Numbered from the stretch's first letter, positions 48,176 to 58,818 are shown. The stretch is DNA of 64,000 nt from Candidatus Latescibacterota bacterium (GCA_965116875.1 OZ220733.1:2048001-2112000), one strand, 5' to 3'. Numbers and translations: made by a program. Notes: a model not told the origin generated them from the letters alone.

Positions 48176-49129
48176 TCAAAACGATCCGCTCAGGCTGAAA
48201 CGAAGCGGCGGTTCGAAGTCGTTGCCGTCGCTGTACGCGAAATCCACGCGGACAACCTTGCCCTCGACGGGCTTGACCTTCAAACCCAGGCCCAGACTGA
48301 ACACTTCCGTATCGTATCCGGGTTTGACGCCGGCCCGCAGCGCGAATGCGTTCTGGAGCCAGAGTTCGCCGCCGATGCGATACCGGGGCTCGGAGTAATC
48401 CGTCGCGTAGTGACTCTCTCCTGTCAACGTCAGATAGGAGAGATCGCTGCCTCTTTCTCCGAAGACTTCCATTGCGAAACCGAAATCGAACGCGACCGGC
48501 ATCTGATAGTTGAGTTCGCGGGACTCGATGTCCTTACCCAGGTTCTTGAACGCCATCCCAAGCCGAAGGCTCCTGAACCCTGTGTTGAACGTCGTGCCGA
48601 AATTGAAGTCCACGCCGGTCAGCCTGTCGACGTCGATGGTTTCCTGCGTCCACCTCACCTGGAATCCGAACGAGAGCTTGTCGGTCAACTTCGTCGCGTA
48701 GGAAGCGCCAACGCTGAAGTCGCCGATTTCAAGCATCCGGCCGGTCCCGACCGGCTGGTAAATCGTCGTCTCCTCTACCTCCGGAACCGAAAACGCCATC
48801 ACGGCCAGCCCGACCACACCGCGTGTCGTATTGTAGGCCAACGCGCCCGAATAGAACCGGGTGTCCACAAGCCAGCGGGTGTATGAAAGGGTGTACTCCC
48901 TCTCTTCCACATTGGTGAGTCCGGCCGGGTTTACGAAGATCGTGCTGATGTCGTCGGCAATGGCTGTAAACGCCCCGCCCATGCCGGCGACACGCGCCCC
49001 ATGGTCCACCTTGTGCACGGAGAATACGGCCTGGCCGAGCCGCTTCTGCGTGTCGCTGTAAGCGGTCTCGGGCAGCAACAGCGCGTATCCTGCGCCGGCC
49101 AGGATTCCAATCCACAAGATCCGTTTCAT
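48176..49129 (-). CDS. PorV/PorQ-like (UPF0164) outer-membrane beta-barrel
   Basis: GARVAGMGGAFTAIADD.S.IFVNPAGL, amphipathic strands, C-terminal Phe. Confidence 0.85.
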   Translation of the reverse strand: MKRILWIGILAGAGYALLLPETAYSDTQKRLGQAVFSVHKVDHGARVAGMGGAFTAIADDISTIFVNPAGLTNVEEREYTLSYTRWLVDTRFYSGALAYNTTRGVVGLAVMAFSVPEVEETTIYQPVGTGRMLEIGDFSVGASYATKLTDKLSFGFQVRWTQETIDVDRLTGVDFNFGTTFNTGFRSLRLGMAFKNLGKDIESRELNYQMPVAFDFGFAMEVFGERGSDLSYLTLTGESHYATDYSEPRYRIGGELWLQNAFALRAGVKPGYDTEVFSLGLGLKVKPVEGKVVRVDFAYSDGNDFEPPLRFSLSGSF

Positions 49130-49210
49130 AGGTCTGTTCCTTATCCGTTTCGGTTGAACGGTTCGACGAACACGCGAACCGGGATACCAGGACGCACTGA
49201 TGCGGCCGTC

Positions 49211-51517
49211 TCACTTGCTGATCACGAAAATCCCCCGTTGCACCCTTCCGGACGTGCCATCCACCTGCGATTCGACCACGTAGAAGTATACGCCGGCCGA
49301 CGCCGAACCGACGTTGTCGATGGTTGTCTGGCTCCAGGTGGTTTCACCCCGCCCCTGGTCGTCGTGATTCACCTCGGCGATCAGATCCCCGGCAACCGTG
49401 TATATCCGAATCTGGCATTTCCGGGGGATGTTCAGAAACCGGATCTGGCCCTTGGTCTCGTAGGCGTGCGCGCCGTCGTCCCGGTACGGATTGGGGGTGA
49501 CAATCACCTTCCTGTCCAGTTGGTCCGACTGCGCCGTGGAAGGGACGTACGGCGTCGAGACTTTGACGCCGTTCACCCACTGTTCCGGCGAACTGTTTCC
49601 GCTCTCCAGGGACGGAATCGCCATGCCCGTCCCGTTCCAGTCGTTGTGCGCGGCGCTGTAGGTGCGGACGCTGTAGTCATACAAAAACCCCGCAATCGAC
49701 TTTTTGTCGACGAATTCGTACTTGCCTCCGCTGTAGAATATGTCTGACTTCAGCGGGATTTCCACCATCAGCTCCCAGGCGTCACGCTTGAAGAGGGACC
49801 GGTAGACCCGGTAGCCCAACACGTCATTGGCCTCCGCACCCGAGTAGTCCGGATTGGCCGCGCCGTCGGCCGTGTCGTCCCATACCAGATTAATGAATCC
49901 CTCGGTCGTTACGCCTGCATCCACCTTCACGTCCGGCGGCGCGTCGGGAAGGTCGTAGTTCCACTGAAAGGCTTCCTTGGCCCTGTTAACGTGCTTGACC
50001 AGGTTGTTGAACGCCTTGTCCGTACGCATCTCGTCCTGATTGCCCTGCTTGGCCCAACCCCAGATATTCTCTTCCACGGGAGCTGCGGCCGCGAGGACGA
50101 AGACGAATTTCGCCTTTTCGCCCGGCGCCAGGTCGTAGGGTCCGTACGCGATCGACCCGTGCCAGGCCCCGACCACCGGTGGATTGTCCCTGATATCGGA
50201 TTCGGCGCCCGCCAGCATGTCGTAGATTTCCCGGTAGGAATGATTTTCCTGGTCCGGCTCATCGAAGTCGCCGCGATTGCGGTATTCCCACCACCGTACC
50301 GTATGAGGCTGGTCTTCGAACCTTGGGGCGACGTAGTTGCCGTCGCCGTTCGTGTCGTAGGAAAAGGCGCCCGGGTCGTTCGAGGTTGACGGCAGGTACG
50401 CGATGGGCGCGAATCCCGCGTACTGAAATGCCGTCAGTTCGCCAGGTACGCGCACCTGCGAGGGTCGCCCGCGATACCCGGGATTTGCCGTGGACGGGTT
50501 GTACGGCTTGCCAATGTCGTCCCCCGGCATCAAGGGGTTATCCCCATCAAAGGCGTACCACATTTTCATGCCCGTTCCCGAAGCGGGTCCGTCGTAGTTG
50601 GCCGCTTCCGTAAACTTGAACCAGTCGTCGTTGTCTGCCAACTTGGTATTTCGATACCAGGCATCGTAGTTCATCCATCCGTGACCGGACTGAGAGATGA
50701 AGAAGCGGACGGAAAAAGCGAAGAACGTGTCGTTCAGCTGCAGCCCTGCGCCACCGTTCAGGTCCGCCGCGCCGTCCCCGTCCGAGTCCCCGGTATTCTC
50801 GAACTCGTAGTCCATGATCTGGAAGTCATCGTAGTCGGGGTAGCTCCACGTATACACCTTTTTGGTGACTGTGATCCCCCGCTTCGTGGTCCAGCGCATG
50901 ATGAGAATGCTCTCGGGAAAGTTATCTTTATCCGAATCCATATAGTGGCCGTACCGGTAGTTGTGAATCTCGGTAACGTACCTGCTTTCCACGGGGGACT
51001 CGCCCGGCCACCAGTTGGCCATCGCAGGACCCACTGGAGAATAGTTCGGGTATCCGATATTCGCTTCCGGCCCCATGGACGCATCGTAGGACATCATCCT
51101 GATGTCATCGGTGATCGCGCGGGGCTTGGAGATCGACACGTAGTACTCGCCCTCGGGATCGTCCCCCACGCGCGTTGCTATGTACGTGCTGAAACCGGGC
51201 ATCGTGGCCGTGGATTCGAACAATGCCGCGTAGGCCGGATGCAGGGTTCCCCAGTTCCGCTCTCCCCAGTAGTCCTGGAATTCCGTGGAATACTGTCGCG
51301 TCCACACGCCGGGATATTGCATGCCCATCTGGCGGTAATAGCTCAGCCAGGCGTCCGGGTCTTCGGAAACGCCCTGGGTCCCGTAGTTCCAGAACATATC
51401 CCACACCTTCGCGCGGGTCTGGAACCTGTGGTTCTCCTGCGACCCGGCGGGGTCAGGCACGCACAGAAGCAGCACAAGAAGCACAGCCATCGCCTCGATC
51501 TTCGGAATCTTGCTCAT
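49211..51517 (-). CDS. Secreted protein with FN3-like domain and T9SS-type CTD
   Basis: Start MSKIPK after AAGGAG; signal peptide; YGPYDLAPGE, PPD..V, GYRVYRS, VTPNPY...IRF.N.P..C.IRIYT.AGDLI...AGVYFY. Confidence 0.82.
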   Translation of the reverse strand: MSKIPKIEAMAVLLVLLLCVPDPAGSQENHRFQTRAKVWDMFWNYGTQGVSEDPDAWLSYYRQMGMQYPGVWTRQYSTEFQDYWGERNWGTLHPAYAALFESTATMPGFSTYIATRVGDDPEGEYYVSISKPRAITDDIRMMSYDASMGPEANIGYPNYSPVGPAMANWWPGESPVESRYVTEIHNYRYGHYMDSDKDNFPESILIMRWTTKRGITVTKKVYTWSYPDYDDFQIMDYEFENTGDSDGDGAADLNGGAGLQLNDTFFAFSVRFFISQSGHGWMNYDAWYRNTKLADNDDWFKFTEAANYDGPASGTGMKMWYAFDGDNPLMPGDDIGKPYNPSTANPGYRGRPSQVRVPGELTAFQYAGFAPIAYLPSTSNDPGAFSYDTNGDGNYVAPRFEDQPHTVRWWEYRNRGDFDEPDQENHSYREIYDMLAGAESDIRDNPPVVGAWHGSIAYGPYDLAPGEKAKFVFVLAAAAPVEENIWGWAKQGNQDEMRTDKAFNNLVKHVNRAKEAFQWNYDLPDAPPDVKVDAGVTTEGFINLVWDDTADGAANPDYSGAEANDVLGYRVYRSLFKRDAWELMVEIPLKSDIFYSGGKYEFVDKKSIAGFLYDYSVRTYSAAHNDWNGTGMAIPSLESGNSSPEQWVNGVKVSTPYVPSTAQSDQLDRKVIVTPNPYRDDGAHAYETKGQIRFLNIPRKCQIRIYTVAGDLIAEVNHDDQGRGETTWSQTTIDNVGSASAGVYFYVVESQVDGTSGRVQRGIFVISK

Positions 51518-51552
51518 ATCCAGGGTCTCCTTCGTGACGGCATCGAATCTTA

Positions 51553-51714
51553 GAAGCTGTTTTAAAATTACCGGTGAGATCCCGAGCGCGAGCGAAAAAG
51601 TGGCGGCCAAGGCGGGAAAACTCGCCCATATTTGTCTATACGGGTGGGTTTGCCCAACGCCGGCCGGCGCTTTTGCAGCCGCGCGAAGACCGCTGGGAGT
51701 CTTAAAACAGCTTC
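51553..51714. mobile_element. MITE (162 bp)
   Basis: Perfect 13-bp TIR GAAGCTGTTTTAA / TTAAAACAGCTTC; TTA on both flanks (51550-52, 51715-17); internal imperfect palindrome. Confidence 0.75.
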
Positions 51715-51741
51715 TTAGGACAACCTGTTTGCCCGGCTGAA

Positions 51742-54700
51742 TCAGAACCGCAATCGAATACCCACGTGTGTGATGCGCGGATCGCCTACGTACCGGCTGC
51801 GGTCCTGGAAATCGCCGTAGTTGAGATAATTCGCATCGTTCGGCCGGGGCCTCTGCAGCCCCCACCACATATAGTCTGTTCCGGAAGCCAACGCGTCCTT
51901 CTGATTGAACATATTGAACACCTCCAGAAAGACGTCCGCGCTGGCGCGGCCCAGTTCAAAGCGTTTCTGCACGTTCAGGTCCATCACGGTGCGCAATGGA
52001 CCTCGTGCGATCTGGCGTGTACCGTCCAGGACCAGATACGTAAACTGGGACCCGGTATAGATCCGGTAGATCAGGTTGGCGTTGACGCCCCCGAGAATCG
52101 TGTTGCCGCCGATCTTCGGACCCATCCCGAAATCCTGCGGCGTAGACAGGAACATCTGAAGACTGCCCTGGCTCCTGCGGCCCACGTCCGTACCCTCGTT
52201 CGCCCTGTGACCATGTACGATCCACAGGCCGCGGGCCCCTTCACGGGCGGCATCCGAAAGCCACTCTTCCTCCCAGGTGGGCACAATGGCGTCCCTGTTT
52301 GTTGCAAAGTCGTAGACGTAACCCCCCGCCACCCGCCGGTCCGCCTGGGCGGCCCGTATGGCCTCGTTGGCTCCGTGACCGATGATGCGGATCTGTTCAT
52401 CGGTAAGGGTGACAGGACGTTCCGAACTGCCCGTGACCTCCCAGGCGAAGAAATAGTTCCCGCTGGCGATGTAATTCGAGTCCGGGATTACCGTTGCGCC
52501 GTTGCTGACGGCGCCGCCGCCGCCGAGACTGTAGTCGCTCCAGGCCAGGTTGAGCGCGGCGCGGAACGAGAAGTAGTGGCTGAAGCCCTTCCTCAGACTG
52601 AACTCCAGGCCGCGCGTGTCTTCGAGGCGGATGTTTGAAAGGGTGCTGGAGAGACGCTGGCGGAGGCGGACGCCCGCGCCGCGCAGCTCAGGATAGAGGA
52701 ATACGTCCCAACCTCCGGTTTCCTGGAAGGAGGCGCTCTTGTAAAACGTCGCCAGCGCCAGGGTATAGTCGGATACGATATTCCAGTCCGCGCCCAGTTC
52801 GAAGCTTATCGTCCGCGCGGTATTGTCCCATATCGGCCTCGAGATGGACGTGGGCGCCGGACGGTAGTGGCTGGTGTATTCGCTGAAACCGATGCCCGGT
52901 ATCCCGTCTCCCGAACCGAACCACTGGTCGTGAAACATCTGGTAGAAACTCGGCAACTGGTAGAAATGCCCGTAGAAGAAATGGAGGCTTGACCGGTAGG
53001 TGATGGGGTGCGAGATCCCCAGCCGCGGACTCCAGTTCACAATGGGCTTCATCGGGTACCTGGGCGCCGTGAGATATCGCGACATCGTGGTATACTGAAA
53101 TGCCCGCAACGCCCCCATCACCGGAACGTCGGCGCCCCAGAAACGGTCGTAGCGGATGCCCGCGTTTACGATGAAGCCCTCGAACTCCATCTTGTCCTGG
53201 ACGTAGGCCGCGAACTGCCTGGGCGTTATCGGCTGTCCTGGCTCGGGGTTGCCGATGTATAGAATCTGTTTCCGCGCGTCGCCGGGCGTATTGCCCTCAC
53301 GGACGAAATGATTGCTGTAGCCCGTGAAGTCGATCCCGATCTTGGAAAAGTGCGTCTTCGTAAGCTGGCTCGAAACGTCGAACTTGAGCGTGCTCCTGGT
53401 CTGCTGGCCGAACGTATACGCGCGCACGCTTCCCCGGCCCGTGTAAAACCATCCGTCCGCATCCGTCCCGATGTCCGCTGTCGTATTCGAAACGCCGCTG
53501 GTATCCTGTGTACTCTGATACCGCGAGATTCTCATTTCGTAGAAGGTCCGCGGACTGATCGTGTGCGTGATCACGCCGTAGAGGACGCTCTCCGTATTGA
53601 TCGTCTCCCCCGCGGGCGACCCTTCAGGCAGGAAAACGTCGCGGCCCGGTCCCCTGAGGACGTTCCGGACGGACGGGGTTGTTCCGCCCAGCCCGCCGTT
53701 GTTAAAGACGGTCCACCGGTCGTAAATCCAGCCGATCTGCATCTTGACGTTGTCGTGCGCCCTGACGGTCAACTTCGCCGTGTTCCGGGTATTGAAAGGT
53801 CTTACGGACCACGCCCCCGGAAATCTGGCGGCATCACGCCGGAGTCGCGAACTCACGAAAAAGGACGTTTCAGGCAGGAGCGGGCCGCCGAGATAGGCGT
53901 CGAAATAGTGACCCCGCTGGTCCGTATAGTTCGTCCGCTGGTGTACAAGCGCGCCGGTCTCCGGGTCCACTTCCGAAGTCCACGCGGGATCGTTCCACCG
54001 CATATGTCCGCGGTGTTCGGGGGCATCGTAGACGTTGGCGCCCCAGTGTTTCTTGCCGCCGGGCGTCAGCCGGTACTCGGCCTCGCCATGGTAGTTGGAT
54101 CCGCCGTCCCGCGTTACCATCTGCACCACGCCCGCCTGCGCGTTTCCGTACTCGGCGTTCATCCCGCCCGTGATTACGGAGACCTCCTGCAGCGCCTTCA
54201 CGTTGGCGCCCCACCACTGGCTGCCCCGGGACGTGGGACCCGCGCGTCCGTCCTGGTTCTGCAAACGCACACCGTCGACGTAGATCAGATTGTCTTCCAC
54301 CTGGCCGCCGCGGATCACCCCGCTGCCGTCAACCGCGACGCCCGCTTCCAGTGCCACGAACTCCGAGGCGTCTCTGAGAATCGGCGTCCGCGCAATATCC
54401 TGGGCGGTCACCACGTACCGGCTCTCCGTCTTGTCGGGCTCCACGGGGGGCGCTTCCGCGACGACGACCATCTCCTCCAATTCCAGCTCGGTCTCGCGAA
54501 GCTGAAAATCCACCGTATTGGTGAAGTCGGACCGGACCTGGATCTGCTCCTGTGTCACCGAGTGATAGCCAACCATGGAGGCCGTCATCTTGTAAACACC
54601 GGGATCGACGGAGATGATCACGAAAAACCCCTCGGCATCCGTGGAGGCGCCCAGCCGCGATCCCTCGATGACCACGCTGGCGCCCGGCAGCCCTTCACCA

Positions 54701-54819
54701 CTTTCGTCGGTCACCTTCCCGACGATTTTCCCCGTCGTCCCGGCCGATGCCTCCCCCGCCAGAACAAACGCGGCAAAGAGTGCGATCATGACGGTAAAAC
54801 CGGTCCTTGACATGTACAT
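51742..54819 (-). CDS. TonB-dependent receptor with carboxypeptidase-regulatory-like N-domain
   Basis: GTTGKIVGKVTD..GEGLPGASV, plug motif VITGGMNAEYGNAQAGVV, AYVQDKMEF, SPRLGISHPIT, C-terminal GIRLRF. Confidence 0.92.
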   Translation of the reverse strand: MYMSRTGFTVMIALFAAFVLAGEASAGTTGKIVGKVTDESGEGLPGASVVIEGSRLGASTDAEGFFVIISVDPGVYKMTASMVGYHSVTQEQIQVRSDFTNTVDFQLRETELELEEMVVVAEAPPVEPDKTESRYVVTAQDIARTPILRDASEFVALEAGVAVDGSGVIRGGQVEDNLIYVDGVRLQNQDGRAGPTSRGSQWWGANVKALQEVSVITGGMNAEYGNAQAGVVQMVTRDGGSNYHGEAEYRLTPGGKKHWGANVYDAPEHRGHMRWNDPAWTSEVDPETGALVHQRTNYTDQRGHYFDAYLGGPLLPETSFFVSSRLRRDAARFPGAWSVRPFNTRNTAKLTVRAHDNVKMQIGWIYDRWTVFNNGGLGGTTPSVRNVLRGPGRDVFLPEGSPAGETINTESVLYGVITHTISPRTFYEMRISRYQSTQDTSGVSNTTADIGTDADGWFYTGRGSVRAYTFGQQTRSTLKFDVSSQLTKTHFSKIGIDFTGYSNHFVREGNTPGDARKQILYIGNPEPGQPITPRQFAAYVQDKMEFEGFIVNAGIRYDRFWGADVPVMGALRAFQYTTMSRYLTAPRYPMKPIVNWSPRLGISHPITYRSSLHFFYGHFYQLPSFYQMFHDQWFGSGDGIPGIGFSEYTSHYRPAPTSISRPIWDNTARTISFELGADWNIVSDYTLALATFYKSASFQETGGWDVFLYPELRGAGVRLRQRLSSTLSNIRLEDTRGLEFSLRKGFSHYFSFRAALNLAWSDYSLGGGGAVSNGATVIPDSNYIASGNYFFAWEVTGSSERPVTLTDEQIRIIGHGANEAIRAAQADRRVAGGYVYDFATNRDAIVPTWEEEWLSDAAREGARGLWIVHGHRANEGTDVGRRSQGSLQMFLSTPQDFGMGPKIGGNTILGGVNANLIYRIYTGSQFTYLVLDGTRQIARGPLRTVMDLNVQKRFELGRASADVFLEVFNMFNQKDALASGTDYMWWGLQRPRPNDANYLNYGDFQDRSRYVGDPRITHVGIRLRF

Positions 54820-54931
54820 ACCCATCTCCTTCCACAAGATCCGTTCAGATACGACGATTCGGAACGACAACAAAATTGTCCATTGCTTTACCGGCCCAAT
54901 TCCGGAAAACATCCTCCATTTGAATTAACTA

Positions 54932-54961
54932 ATATTAGCTATCGATTGACTTTATTGTCAA
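54932..54961 (-). promoter_or_regulatory. Promoter of the TBDR cluster with overlapping palindrome
   Basis: TTGACA-18-TAATAT on the minus strand; TTGAC-N6-GTCAA inverted repeat at 54946-54961. Confidence 0.6.
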
Positions 54962-55085
54962 GAGAAATATCGTCCCTCTGTAAAAATAGCCGGGCATGCA
55001 AGCTCCCGGCGCGAAGGCGGATCCGCGTCTCTGTTGAATGGTGTTCATCCGCAACAATTCAGGCCCTTGTCACCGACTCTCAATC

Positions 55086-56513
55086 TCACGTCGCGCTCAA
55101 CAGTGCCACAGCGCCGTCCACCAGCGCTTCGCCCCCGTCCGGACCCACCGGAGTGAACGCCGTCTCGTAGCCGCCCTTTTCGAAGGCTTCCCGTTCGGCG
55201 ATGTAGCTGACCGCTCCGAATTCGTTCGCGAGCGCGGCGATCAGCAGCCGATGGGAACCGGACCTGGCCCGAATGTCCGTACCGAGAGATACGAACGGTT
55301 CTCCGGGAAGCCCGAGAAAGACCCCTTCGCCGACCCCAAGCGCCTGAACCTCGGTGAGGTGATGGGATTCGGGCGCTTTTCGCTGCCAGTCCGCGAGAAT
55401 CACGCCATCCGCGTGTCGGTATCCTTCCTTCAACGGAAGCGCCACTTCCTTCCGGCGGGCCCGGAGTTCCGGGGACTCGTCCCAGTGAACGATCCCGCGG
55501 ACGGCCGCCATCGCTCCGTCCGCCACCCGGCCGCCCAGACGCGCCAGTTCACGGTCGAATCCACGCTCCCTTCTTGCGAGACCCGCTTCGGGGGCCTCGC
55601 CGGACCGGGTCCTCCAGACCGCCTCGATATCGATATTCCAGATGGGCGTCACGTCGCCCTCGGGGCCGGACGTATATAAAACGACCGGTGGTTCGCCCCC
55701 GTCGCGCCCCCAGGTTTTCGCCACCCGATCGGACGCCGCGCCCGCGATCTCGGCGGAAATACCCGATCCGCAGAAAATCCAGGGATGGGTACCGTAATTG
55801 ACCACCGCCGCCAGCGGCGCTTCCGTTCCCTGCTCTTTCACTGCGAATACCCGCACCAGCGGATCGACACTCGTGCGCGAAACCACGCGGACGCCCTCGA
55901 CGGGGTCCCGCCGGGGATCTCCCCAACTGCCGTCCGACATCAGCACGCGCCTTGAACTGGCCACGCCCTCCACCCGGGCCTCCCCGAATCCCACCGAGGA
56001 CGGCCGCAGCGTGCCGTACGCCTCCTCCACCGCCTCGACCGCCTGCGCGACAAACCGCGCCTTCCATTCCACGTCCGTTTCGCCCACCCAGCTGGCAGAC
56101 GACGATACAGACGTAACCTGGCCCATGGCGGCGGGCGCCGATCCATCGCCGCGTATTGTGAGACGGGCCATGTCTTCGGGGCTGTACGCGGTGGCCACCG
56201 GGCAGAAAGCCGGTCCCGAATGGGTGTGCGTCGCGCAGACCATGATTGTGTCAGGACTCAGTCCGGTCCGCTCCGCGGCGCCGTGACGGACCTGCTCCGT
56301 GGCAACCGCGTCCACGCCCGTCAGGTCGACGGCAACCAGGGCCCACGCCCGGCTCCCGTTTCGCAGGACCAGCGCCCTGGCGTAGAGATCGTCGTGTACG
56401 TAACGCGATCTGATATCCCCGGAAGCCCGCGGGTTCCACCCGGACAGCGACACGCCCACCGGCGGTGTGATCACCCGCTGGGCCGCGCCTGCATACAGAT
56501 TCTGACGATTCAT
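55086..56513 (-). CDS. Neutral/alkaline ceramidase-like hydrolase
   Basis: ITPP.G..L.G, HDDLYARALVL, ATHTHSGP, NYGTHP, GPEGDV, PGEPF, GGYE. Confidence 0.85.
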   Translation of the reverse strand: MNRQNLYAGAAQRVITPPVGVSLSGWNPRASGDIRSRYVHDDLYARALVLRNGSRAWALVAVDLTGVDAVATEQVRHGAAERTGLSPDTIMVCATHTHSGPAFCPVATAYSPEDMARLTIRGDGSAPAAMGQVTSVSSSASWVGETDVEWKARFVAQAVEAVEEAYGTLRPSSVGFGEARVEGVASSRRVLMSDGSWGDPRRDPVEGVRVVSRTSVDPLVRVFAVKEQGTEAPLAAVVNYGTHPWIFCGSGISAEIAGAASDRVAKTWGRDGGEPPVVLYTSGPEGDVTPIWNIDIEAVWRTRSGEAPEAGLARRERGFDRELARLGGRVADGAMAAVRGIVHWDESPELRARRKEVALPLKEGYRHADGVILADWQRKAPESHHLTEVQALGVGEGVFLGLPGEPFVSLGTDIRARSGSHRLLIAALANEFGAVSYIAEREAFEKGGYETAFTPVGPDGGEALVDGAVALLSAT

Positions 56514-56610
56514 ACCTGAAATTCCCGCCGGTGTGAAAGGAATCTGTAAGCCTTCGACTCTCGGCGAACAGTACATCCCACACCGCAACGGGGTCTACCT
56601 TCTACTACAC

Positions 56611-58782
56611 TTACCCCGTTCTTTCAAAACTGAAGATCCGCCCGTCATACGTTCCAACAACCAGGCCGCCCTCTACCGTGCACGGAGACGCCGTGATCGG
56701 GGCGCCGAAGGCAGCGCTGTCCATGCATCGGCCCGAAGCCGGGTCCAGCACGTACAGCAATCCGTCGCACCCGCAGACGATGAGGGAACCTTCGTGCATC
56801 ACCGGAGCGGCCAGAATGGACCGCACGCCCCGGCGATACGGAACCATATCCAGCAGGTCGTCTCCCGTCCGGAACCGCCAGTGCAGCGCACCGTCGTCCA
56901 TGCCGAAACAAAGGGCTTCGCCTTCCGGGGTGGTCGCAAAGATCCGATCGTCGCCAGCCAGCAGCCCCGTGGGATACCGGGAGGGTAGAATCGGTCTTTC
57001 CCAGACGACCCCGCCGGAGTCCCTTTCGACGGCGACGAGAAGCGAGGGCTCGCCGGAGAAGTGATGGAGGTCTTTCGAGCCGCCCCCGCTCAGGAGAAGG
57101 TCTCCCGACAGAACCGGTCCGGCATAGGGAAACTCGACACCTGCCTGCCGTTCCCAGACCACGTCCCCCGTCGCGCGGTCCAGCGCCACAAGCCCCCGTC
57201 GCTGCACGAGAAGGAGAAGCAGGTCTCCGGAGACCTGCGGGCTGGCAAAACACGCCCAGTTGTCACGGTCTTCGTTCACCGTATGCCAGAGCCTCCGACC
57301 CGAGGCCAGATCGAAAGCCGCGTAACCCGCCTTGGCGCCCGCGTAGACTGTACCATCCGCGATCACCGGAGCGGTATAAACCCAGCGCTCCGGATACTCG
57401 GGCAGGTCCGCCTCCCACGTCGAACCGCCGGACACCGCGTCCATCAGATGCACGCGACCGGTTACGGACACCGCCGCGCAGGCGTCGCCATTCACAGCGA
57501 CGCTGTTCTTTACAGCCGCATCCGTCCCGGAGTGCCAGACCAGATCCCCGCTCGCGGCATCGAGGCAGCAGACGCCTGCCTGCACCGGCCAGCCTTCGTC
57601 GCGCAGGCTGAGAAACACGCGTTCACCGGACGAAACCGGCGCCGCCCGGTGAAGCCCGCCCGGAATCTCCCGCGCCCATTTCAGGCGAAACGATCCGCCG
57701 TCGAATCCAATGTCCCGCGGGGACTTCTCCCGCGAATTTGCCGCAACGTTGGCGGCCTGGAGTACGCTCAGGCCGAGGGCGGCGCCACGATCGCTGAACC
57801 GCACCACGCGGTACCCCCGGGGAGACGTGTCGATTCCCCCGAAACAGACCGGCGGGGCGGCGGCCACGACCATATCGCCGGTCGAATGAACCTTGCTGGA
57901 GTGCCAGTGTCCGTGCAGGACGAGTCGGACGTTGTACCTGCTCAGTTCGCGCAGAAATGACACGGGCGGCGGCGTATGGACCACGACGACGATTTCACGG
58001 TCAGCGGGTTGAAGCGCGAGGTCCGACCGGAGCCACTGCGCCTTGCGCTCGAGGTCCGCCGGAGGGTAGTACGCGTCTTCATTCGGGAAAAATGCAAAAT
58101 GGCGTCCGCCCCAATCCAGACTGTAATACGTTGGCCCGAAAAACGCCTCGTAGTGCAGCGTCGCCGGAAGACCGGCGAACTTCCTGCCGATCTCCTGCAA
58201 TTTCGGGTTGTTCGGCGTGGCTTTCAATTCAACGAACTCATCAACTGAAATACCGCCCATGCGCTCCTGGTTCCCGTCGTGTCCGCCGAACAGCGGGAGG
58301 ACCGGGATCGAGATCGTCCGGACGGCGTCGCGAAAGGCGGTCAACTGGTCAATCGTCCCCCAATCCGTAAGGTCGCCGCTGGCGATGATCAGATCGGGCT
58401 TCGCCTCCCGTTCGATCCGGCGCAGGGCTTCCGAAAGCACGGGACCGGAAGTCAGCGTATCTCCTTCCGTAACGATGTGGGTGTCGGTAATCTGTGCGAG
58501 TGTGAACGACCGACGGGCCCGATCGGGAGACGGCGTAAGCCGGAAATCCACTCCGTCTTGCGCTTCCGACCCGTCCAGCGTGGATCGATAGTACCCGTCC
58601 TGTGCGGAAAAGCCGTCCGGAACCGTGATAAACACGAACCGGTGCGTACCGGTTTCCACGTTGATTTCGTACCGACCCTCAACGTCAGTCTGAACGATTC
58701 GCTCACCGTTCGAAACCGAAACTCCGGCCAGGCCTTGCTCCGACCGGTCAACAGTTACGCGCCCTTTAACCTGAATTCTCAC
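56611..58782 (-). CDS. Calcineurin-like metallophosphoesterase + PQQ-type beta-propeller
   Basis: GVSVSNG N-domain; QITDTH, SGDL, GGHD, HGHWH; C-terminal PQQ-like blades (LDAASG..VW). Confidence 0.87.
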   Translation of the reverse strand: MRIQVKGRVTVDRSEQGLAGVSVSNGERIVQTDVEGRYEINVETGTHRFVFITVPDGFSAQDGYYRSTLDGSEAQDGVDFRLTPSPDRARRSFTLAQITDTHIVTEGDTLTSGPVLSEALRRIEREAKPDLIIASGDLTDWGTIDQLTAFRDAVRTISIPVLPLFGGHDGNQERMGGISVDEFVELKATPNNPKLQEIGRKFAGLPATLHYEAFFGPTYYSLDWGGRHFAFFPNEDAYYPPADLERKAQWLRSDLALQPADREIVVVVHTPPPVSFLRELSRYNVRLVLHGHWHSSKVHSTGDMVVAAAPPVCFGGIDTSPRGYRVVRFSDRGAALGLSVLQAANVAANSREKSPRDIGFDGGSFRLKWAREIPGGLHRAAPVSSGERVFLSLRDEGWPVQAGVCCLDAASGDLVWHSGTDAAVKNSVAVNGDACAAVSVTGRVHLMDAVSGGSTWEADLPEYPERWVYTAPVIADGTVYAGAKAGYAAFDLASGRRLWHTVNEDRDNWACFASPQVSGDLLLLLVQRRGLVALDRATGDVVWERQAGVEFPYAGPVLSGDLLLSGGGSKDLHHFSGEPSLLVAVERDSGGVVWERPILPSRYPTGLLAGDDRIFATTPEGEALCFGMDDGALHWRFRTGDDLLDMVPYRRGVRSILAAPVMHEGSLIVCGCDGLLYVLDPASGRCMDSAAFGAPITASPCTVEGGLVVGTYDGRIFSFERTG

Positions 58783-58818
58783 CTGCCGCCTCCTGTTCCG
58801 GGAATCTCAACCCGTTTC

